Source of the DNA: Lachnospiraceae bacterium
Lineage (GTDB): Bacteria; Bacillota; Clostridia; Lachnospirales; Lachnospiraceae
NCBI GenBank assembly: GCA_009774215.1
Contig: VSNH01000002.1
Location: 7,062 to 71,061, forward strand
Reading direction: 5' to 3'
Length of the DNA stretch: 64,000 bases
Positions within the stretch are counted from its first letter, which is position 1, and each line of letters begins with the position of its first letter. The notes below the pieces were generated by a model. The model made no database searches and was not told where the DNA came from. It saw only the letters and a program-made list of their open reading frames with translations. Below are positions 57,747 to 64,000 of the stretch, piece after piece. The position numbers and the translations under genes are program-made.

Positions 57747-57998
57747 TTGACTGTTTTAGAACAGCCCAACCCTAAAGGATGCCGGAAACCTCAGTTTATG
57801 TGGTTTGCGGTATTTTTTATGTGCAGACCCGCATATGGAAGTTTACTGTTTCACAGCATGCGGGCTGCGCGACGAGTAGGGTGCGTGAGCAGTTATACAA
57901 CGGTAACGCTTCCCTGTGAGAATTTGACCCTGCTAAAAAATGTATCCCTTGTCACAAAGAAATACATAAAAAATGAGGAACTGGTTGATCTTTCCGAT

Positions 57999-58247
57999 AT
58001 GGATCAGGAACTGGAATTGGTGTCGAAGGAGGATCGTGCGGGTGATATGCCGGTATTGGCGGAAATGTATGAACTCAAAACGTCGAAAGAGATTTATGAG
58101 TATCTGAAGGATCATATGGAAAAATATAATCAGAGCGAACCGGAGATGATGGAGTGGATGGAGAAAAAAGTGATGATAGAGAAGTTTTACGGTGGCAGCA
58201 AGGAGGAAACCATCAATTATATAAGAGATTATTATGGACTTGACTAA
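57999..58247 (+). CDS. Short hypothetical protein or gene remnant downstream of tRNA
   Basis: Protein-like acidic ORF; start uncertain. Confidence 0.3.
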   Translation: MDQELELVSKEDRAGDMPVLAEMYELKTSKEIYEYLKDHMEKYNQSEPEMMEWMEKKVMIEKFYGGSKEETINYIRDYYGLD

Positions 58248-58313
58248 TGAGAGATATCGCGGAAAATAGGGAAGGGAAGAGCATTGGCGGAAAATGAGAA
58301 AGAAGGGTGTAAA

Positions 58314-59144
58314 ATGATTATTCTGCGTACTTTGCTGGAAAACAATTTATCCCGCAACAGATCGCTCACCGCGGAGCATGGTCTGTCCTTTCTGGTGGAG
58401 GCGGGGGATAAAAAGATTCTGTTTGACTGCAGCGCGGGGAAGGCGGCGCGCAAAAACGCGGAGAAGATGCATGTGTCGTTGATGGACGTGGACTATGTGG
58501 TTTTAAGCCACAGTCACTACGACCACGCGGGCGGCTATCCCGATATGGTTTTTCACGGCGTATGTGCGCCGCTCGTGACGGGGCCGCGGTTTTTTGAAGA
58601 AAAGTATGCCCGCGACGGCGACAAATATACTTATCTGGGCTGCGGCTTCGGGCCGGAGTTTCCGGAGAAGAGAGGGATATCCCATCTTGTCTGTGAGGAT
58701 AAGCGCAGGCTCTTTGACGGCTGTTACGCGGTGGGAGGTTTTGAGAGGACATATGCCTTTGAGAAACCGCCTGCCCGTTTTGTGCGGCGGACGGCGGACG
58801 GGATGGCGGCGGATGACTTCCCGGATGAGATCTGTCTGGTGATAGAAGACGACAGGGGGCTGATCGTCATTGCAGGATGCAGCCATCCGGGCATCTTAAA
58901 TATGATAGAAACGGTGCGAAGCCGCTTTGGCAGGCCGGTTTATGCAATATTTGGCGGCTCCCATCTGGTGGAGGCGGACGAGGCGCGGCTCAAAGCCACG
59001 ATGGATAAGCTGCGGGATATGGGGATCGGCATGGTGGGATTTAACCATTGCACCGGGGATGCGGCACAGGAGAGGATGCGTGCGGAAGAGGAAGGCGGCA
59101 CGGTTTACACCCATCTGAAAACGGGGGACTGTATTTTCCTGTAA
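58314..59144 (+). CDS. MBL-fold metallo-hydrolase
   Basis: AEHGLS, SHSHYDHAGG, GCSHPG, GGSHL, HCTG. Confidence 0.9.
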   Translation: MIILRTLLENNLSRNRSLTAEHGLSFLVEAGDKKILFDCSAGKAARKNAEKMHVSLMDVDYVVLSHSHYDHAGGYPDMVFHGVCAPLVTGPRFFEEKYARDGDKYTYLGCGFGPEFPEKRGISHLVCEDKRRLFDGCYAVGGFERTYAFEKPPARFVRRTADGMAADDFPDEICLVIEDDRGLIVIAGCSHPGILNMIETVRSRFGRPVYAIFGGSHLVEADEARLKATMDKLRDMGIGMVGFNHCTGDAAQERMRAEEEGGTVYTHLKTGDCIFL

Positions 59145-59301
59145 CTATTCAGCCTTCGGCTTCCTGGTTACTGAATCCGGTCTATTCCGGTTTTGCCTTC
59201 GGCAAAGAGACCGGATTCTTCGGGGTTTTTACATGTTTTACGAACTTTGCAGCAAGTGCAAAGTTCGGGGCTGAACCGTAACGTTTTTTTATGAAACCGT
59301 C

Positions 59302-61128
59302 TCAGACAGGCGCGTCTGCCTCTTCCGGCAGGACAGCCGTAATCAGGTAGAAGGGCAGGCACAGCACCAGAAAGTAAACGTAGCGAAATTCCGTGGCTAC
59401 GGGTGTGGCTGCGAGCACGGAGAGCAGCAGGGCAACGCCCGGCAGATAGCAGATCAATTTATGGTAGTCCCGGCGGATGACGGAGACGCTTATGCTGAAA
59501 AGCAGAACCCAGCAGGCGACGCCCATACTCCAGAGCGTGCCGTAGATGGGCACCATGCTGCCCAGCTTGATGGCGATTTCCTTTGTCTTGATGACCAGGG
59601 GTCCGCCGATCAGCGGGGTGTGCGAGACGCCCAAATCCGTTGCGCTGACGCCCTCGGCCTCCGCCACCAGATAGAAGGAGTCGGGATACCAGTAGCCGTA
59701 GGTCTGGTTCACATAGGCGGTCAGATAGTCGCCGGGATAGCGAAGGCCCAAATCAATCCAGAGGTTTAAGAACTCGTCTTTGTGGGAGACCAGATAATCC
59801 TGATTGCCTGCTCTGACGAGTTCTTTGATGTTGTCCGCAAAGGTGGGATTGTAGAGGTCGCGGATGTAGGTCAGATCCACCACCTCCTCGATCAGAGCGC
59901 GTTCTTCCTCAGTGAGATATCTGTCATTGCAAATAACAGCCGTAATCTGTTGCATGGGAATGCTGACCGACTCGATGAAGTCGGGCTGCTCTACGCGAAA
60001 CGCACTCATAATCGGATACTTTACGACCGCAGCCAGCAGGAGCGCGGCAAAAAGCGGCGGGTAGACGGCCTTTGCCTTATGGCGGAATCCGAACAGAAGA
60101 AAGGGCAGGGCCAGAAGAAAGGCATACCAGCCGTTGGAGCGGAAAAGACATATCATAACACCTGATATGAAAAGAACGGCCAGATTTTTGAGGCATATCT
60201 GATTTTGCACCGACAGACGAAGGATGGCGCAGCTGAAAAAAAGCACTGCCGCCGCGAAGGGAATATCCTTCCAGACCGTGACGGAAAAGACGGCATGGTA
60301 GGGAATCAGCGCATAGAAAGCCGTAATCAGCAGCAGGACGAAAGGTCTGATTTTGTGGGAGCGCAGCGTGAAGATAAAGTAGGCCACGCTGCCCGCAAGC
60401 AGGCACATCTGGAAAAAGGTATAGACGGATACGGCGATTACCATATTTTTTGTCAGCGCGTAGCCGATCTGGTAGAAGAGGCCGAACAACAGCGTGTGAA
60501 CCCAGGGATGATGATTGGACCAGGGAATCACGCCCAGAATCTGTTCCAGCTGGTTGATGCTGTCGGGGGTCATAATCCCCGGATACTGATAGAGATAGTA
60601 GGGAAGCCAGCAGAGCAGGCAGCACAGAAAAGCGCAGAGCGCCGTGTGGCTGCGGACGAAATTCGCAAACGCGGAAAAACAGGCGGAAACACGCGGACGG
60701 CTGCCCTCGTAAGTGAAGGGCATATCCTGATAGCGGGTCAGCAGCAGGAGATACAGCCTTTTGCGGTTGCAGGCGTAGGAATATAAAAAGTGAAGCAGAT
60801 AGTAAAACAGGCAGACAAAGCCTGCAAAGATCACAGTCATCACGATGAAGCGGTAAAGGGGGCTTGTGAGAAGCTCTATATAATGGGGGTAATCCACAAG
60901 CATATACAGGGAGGTAAAAATGACCGCGGTGAGCAGGGCCACGCGGTTGGAAACCTGCAGAAGATCCATTCGGCGGTTTACGTGCCGGTAGAAAAAATAT
61001 ACCAGAAGAAAGAAAACAAAGGTGAGAATATTGCCCGGTTCCATGCGCGACGCTTTCATCAGCGCCCAAGTGGTGATAAAGCTCTGGAACAGATGCAGCA
61101 GTAAAAGGCGGTTCCGTTTTTTCGTCAT
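59302..61128 (-). CDS. Polytopic membrane protein, DUF6020/GT-C glycosyltransferase-like
   Basis: YPGIMTPDS..NHHP, WKD, RSNG, FRY; many TMs. Confidence 0.7.
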   Translation of the reverse strand: MTKKRNRLLLLHLFQSFITTWALMKASRMEPGNILTFVFFLLVYFFYRHVNRRMDLLQVSNRVALLTAVIFTSLYMLVDYPHYIELLTSPLYRFIVMTVIFAGFVCLFYYLLHFLYSYACNRKRLYLLLLTRYQDMPFTYEGSRPRVSACFSAFANFVRSHTALCAFLCCLLCWLPYYLYQYPGIMTPDSINQLEQILGVIPWSNHHPWVHTLLFGLFYQIGYALTKNMVIAVSVYTFFQMCLLAGSVAYFIFTLRSHKIRPFVLLLITAFYALIPYHAVFSVTVWKDIPFAAAVLFFSCAILRLSVQNQICLKNLAVLFISGVMICLFRSNGWYAFLLALPFLLFGFRHKAKAVYPPLFAALLLAAVVKYPIMSAFRVEQPDFIESVSIPMQQITAVICNDRYLTEEERALIEEVVDLTYIRDLYNPTFADNIKELVRAGNQDYLVSHKDEFLNLWIDLGLRYPGDYLTAYVNQTYGYWYPDSFYLVAEAEGVSATDLGVSHTPLIGGPLVIKTKEIAIKLGSMVPIYGTLWSMGVACWVLLFSISVSVIRRDYHKLICYLPGVALLLSVLAATPVATEFRYVYFLVLCLPFYLITAVLPEEADAPV

Positions 61129-61211
61129 GTCTTTTTCCCCCGTCATTGAAAACTAATTATAGAGTAAAGGATATCCGCCGCCCTGTCAAATAGTCCGCCT
61201 TTTAAAAACAC

Positions 61212-61298
61212 TTGCAATGGAAGAAAAAGGGTGCTATAATACAGAAGAATTAAGAATAGTTACAAAGATAAAGAGTGGACTTGCGAGTCCGCTCTTTT
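61212..61298 (+). promoter_or_regulatory. rimP operon promoter and leader hairpin
   Basis: ttgcaa-17-tataat with TG; aagagtggact-tgcg-agtccgctctttt. Confidence 0.7.
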
Positions 61299-61466
61299 CC
61301 GTGCAGGAGTGTAGTATAAAAAATCACACCGATGTGCTGATTTTTACACGCAAATTTGTGTAGGGGCGTCACAAATTTGTCTGATGGCGCACGAACTTGT
61401 TCGGGCGGCGCAATATGGGAGATTTGCGTCGCCCCGTCGCGAAAACGCTCCGGAATGGAGAGTGTT

Positions 61467-61931
61467 ATGTCAAAACGGGAGACATATGAGGAGAAGACGG
61501 AACACCTTCTTGCCCCCATCGTGGAGCGGTATGGTGTGGAAATTTATGATGTGGAGTATGTGAAGGAGGGGAAGGACTATTATCTGCGGGCCTATATCGA
61601 CAAAGCGGGAGGGGTAAACATTCAGGACTGTGAGAATGTGAGCCGTGCCCTGTCAGACGCGCTCGATGCGGAGGATTTTATACCGGATGCCTACATTCTG
61701 GAGGTCAGCAGCCCGGGGCTTGGCCGGATTTTAAAGAAAGACCGGCATTTGGAGAAGAGTCTGGGAGAAGGGGTGGAGTTAAAAGCCTATAAGCCCATAG
61801 ACGGGCAGAAAGAGTTTTCCGGGATCTTGAAGGCATTTGACGCCGGGACTGTCACCATTGAGCAGGACGGCGCCGCGCGTACATTTGAAAGAGCCGATAT
61901 CGCTACGGTCAGACTGGCATTGGACATTTAA
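61467..61931 (+). CDS. rimP: Ribosome maturation factor RimP
   Basis: YILEVSSPGLGR. Confidence 0.96.
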   Translation: MSKRETYEEKTEHLLAPIVERYGVEIYDVEYVKEGKDYYLRAYIDKAGGVNIQDCENVSRALSDALDAEDFIPDAYILEVSSPGLGRILKKDRHLEKSLGEGVELKAYKPIDGQKEFSGILKAFDAGTVTIEQDGAARTFERADIATVRLALDI

Positions 61932-61974
61932 AGCGTTTGCTTATTTTATAGGAAACATAGGAGGACAATGGAAA

Positions 61975-63189
61975 ATGAATAAGGAATTAATGGAGGCGCT
62001 GGAGATTCTGGAGAGAGAGAAGGAGATCAGCAAGGATACGCTCTTTGAGGCCATCGAAAATTCGCTGATTACCGCATACAAAAACCACTTCGGCAAGGCG
62101 GACAACGTGAAGGTGGAAATCGACAGGGAGACTTGCGATTACTACTGCTACGCGGAGAAGGAGGTCACGGAGGAAGTGGAAGACCCGGTGATGCAGATTG
62201 CTCCCGAGGACGCGAAGGAGATTGACCCGGACGCGAAGGTGGGCGATATCGTCCGCGTGGAAATCCGCTCCAAGGAGTTCGGCCGCATTGCCACCCAGAA
62301 CGCCAAGAGCGTGATCCTGCAGAAGATCCGCGAGGAGGAGAGAAGCGTCATCTATAACCAGTATTTTGAGAAGGAGAAGGATGTGGTGACGGGCATTGTC
62401 CAGCGTTACATGGGCAAGAATATCTCCATCAATCTGGGCAAGGCGGATGCCATCTTAAATGAGAATGAGCAGGTGCGCACCGAGCACTTCCGCCCGACGG
62501 AGAGAATCAAGGTTTACATTCTGGAGGTGAGAAACACTCCCAAAGGGCCAAGGATTCTGGTGAGCAGGACGCACCCTGAGCTGGTAAAACGCCTTTTTGA
62601 GTCCGAGGTGACGGAGATCAAGGACGGCACGGTGGAAATAATGAGCATTGCCAGGGAGGCCGGCAGCAGGACGAAGATCGCGGTGCGATCCAACAATCCA
62701 AACGTGGATGCCGTGGGCGCATGCGTTGGGCTGAACGGCGCCAGGGTGAACTCCATTGTGGATGAGCTTTGCGGGGAGAAAATCGACATTGTAAACTGGG
62801 ATGAAAACCCGGGCAACCTGATTCAGAACGCGCTGTCTCCGGCCAAGATCGTGGCGGTGTTTGCCGATCCCGACGAGAAGACGGCCAAGGTGGTGGTGCC
62901 GGATTACCAGCTTTCCCTCGCCATCGGCAAGGAGGGCCAGAACGCGAGACTTGCGGCCAGACTGACCGGGTACAAGATCGACATCAAGAGCGAGACGCAG
63001 GCTAAGGACGCGCCCGGCTTCCGCTATGAGGATTACGTCTACGACGATGAGGAGTATGACGAGGAAGATTACAGCGAAGATGACTACGCGGAAGAGGGCT
63101 ACGACGGAGAGTACGGGGAAAATGACGGGAACGGTTCTGAAATGTATGAGCAGGAAGCGTATGTAGAGGAAGACGGCGAAGAGGCGTAA
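61975..63189 (+). CDS. nusA: Transcription factor NusA
   Basis: FGRIATQNAK, AREAGSRTK, AIGKEGQNARLAA. Confidence 0.97.
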   Translation: MNKELMEALEILEREKEISKDTLFEAIENSLITAYKNHFGKADNVKVEIDRETCDYYCYAEKEVTEEVEDPVMQIAPEDAKEIDPDAKVGDIVRVEIRSKEFGRIATQNAKSVILQKIREEERSVIYNQYFEKEKDVVTGIVQRYMGKNISINLGKADAILNENEQVRTEHFRPTERIKVYILEVRNTPKGPRILVSRTHPELVKRLFESEVTEIKDGTVEIMSIAREAGSRTKIAVRSNNPNVDAVGACVGLNGARVNSIVDELCGEKIDIVNWDENPGNLIQNALSPAKIVAVFADPDEKTAKVVVPDYQLSLAIGKEGQNARLAARLTGYKIDIKSETQAKDAPGFRYEDYVYDDEEYDEEDYSEDDYAEEGYDGEYGENDGNGSEMYEQEAYVEEDGEEA

Positions 63190-63207
63190 GTTTAAAGTGA
63201 GGGCGGT

Positions 63208-63498
63208 ATGGCGAAGAAAATATCCCTGCGTCAGTGTGTGGGCTGCGGAGAAATGAAGGATAAGAAAGAGATGATGCGCGTGCTGAAGAGCGCGGAAGGG
63301 CTTGTATCTCTGGATATGACCGGGAGAAAGAACGGCCGGGGCGCTTACCTTTGTAAAAACGGGGCGTGCCTGTCGAAAGCCAGAAAGAATAAGGGACTGG
63401 ATCGGTCCTTCAAGATGCGCATACCGGATGAAATATACGAAAATCTGGAAAAGGAGTTTGAGGAGGGCAGGCATGAAGCAGATACCGGGGAAGGATAA
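63208..63498 (+). CDS. ylxR: YlxR/RnpM family protein
   Basis: RQCVGC, GRGAYLC. Confidence 0.93.
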   Translation: MAKKISLRQCVGCGEMKDKKEMMRVLKSAEGLVSLDMTGRKNGRGAYLCKNGACLSKARKNKGLDRSFKMRIPDEIYENLEKEFEEGRHEADTGEG

Positions 63499-63796
63499 GG
63501 TATTATCTATGCTGGGACTCGCCGCACGCTCCAGAAATGTTGTCAGTGGCGGATTTGCAACGGAAGCGGCTGTCAAGGGCGGTACGGCAGCGCTGGTCAT
63601 CATAGCTGAGGATGCGTCGGGTAATACCAGAAAAAAGTATAGTAACATGTGTGGTTTTTATGAGGTTCCCTGTGCGTTCCATGGGACGAAGGCTGTGCTG
63701 GGACATTCCATGGGCAAGGAAGAAAGATCAGTCCTTGCGGTGACAGATGAGGGATTTGCAGATTCGATACGGAAGCATTTAGGAGATTCGGAATAG
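63473..63796 (+). CDS. L7Ae/YlxQ family protein
   Basis: MLGLAARS..IIAEDASGNTRKK; synteny. Confidence 0.9.
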   Translation: MKQIPGKDKVLSMLGLAARSRNVVSGGFATEAAVKGGTAALVIIAEDASGNTRKKYSNMCGFYEVPCAFHGTKAVLGHSMGKEERSVLAVTDEGFADSIRKHLGDSE

Positions 63797-63811
63797 TTGG
63801 AGGTAGTAAGT

Positions 63812-64000
63812 ATGGCGAAGATGAAAGTACATGAGCTTGCAAAGGAGTTAGACAGGAAGAGTAAGGAACTGATCGACTTTCTGCAGGCCAAAGGATATGA
63901 GGTGAAGGTAGCGCAGAGTTCCATTGAGGACGAGGCAATCGCGCTGGTGAGGAAGGAGTTTGCTTCTTCGAAAGAGAAGACTGCGCCCGCCGCCAAGGAA
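63812..64000 (+). CDS. infB: Translation initiation factor IF-2, N-terminus (runs off window)
   Basis: MAKMKVHELAKEL..SSIED; synteny. Confidence 0.9.
   Translation, partial: MAKMKVHELAKELDRKSKELIDFLQAKGYEVKVAQSSIEDEAIALVRKEFASSKEKTAPAAKE

Noticed and set aside
57627..57998. 5' part of the 206-aa ORF
   Set aside because: Overlaps the tRNA-Glu promoter, gene and downstream hairpin

Overview
Chromosomal segment of a Bacillota member, most likely a Lachnospiraceae (PolC plus the pyrH-frr-uppS-cdsA-dxr-rseP-ispG-polC and rimP-nusA-ylxR-L7Ae-infB order). About 1-37.5 kb is an accessory island. It contains (i) the right end of a tyrosine-integrase element with an orphan Dam-like methylase, ending in a duplicated 3' half of tRNA-Pro; (ii) a ~20.7 kb co-directional cluster that looks like a T6SS-related contractile injection system in a presumed monoderm host; (iii) IS66, agrB and Xre debris, an Rpn-family nuclease and a relaxase-mobC-oriT-sigma-xis-integrase mobilisable element; and (iv) a two-component system with a BcrA/LanFEG-type ABC transporter. 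The cluster in (ii) has a 5'-truncated TssC-like sheath gene, two Hcp/TssD-like tubes, DnaJ, two FHA proteins, two degenerate PP2C proteins (one with TM-TPR-coiled coil), an Hsp70/actin-fold protein, three putative baseplate genes, two VgrG-like genes, an Eag/PsbP-fold adaptor and two duplicated PAAR-like(DUF4280)-toxin/immunity cassettes, the second frameshifted in a G tract. The rest of the window is mostly core genome, with a PP2C/Ser-Thr kinase pair inserted between rseP and ispG, an amino-acid ABC transporter, tRNA-Glu(CTC) and a family of nested palindromic intergenic repeats. Family calls come from motif recognition by eye; no database searches were run.
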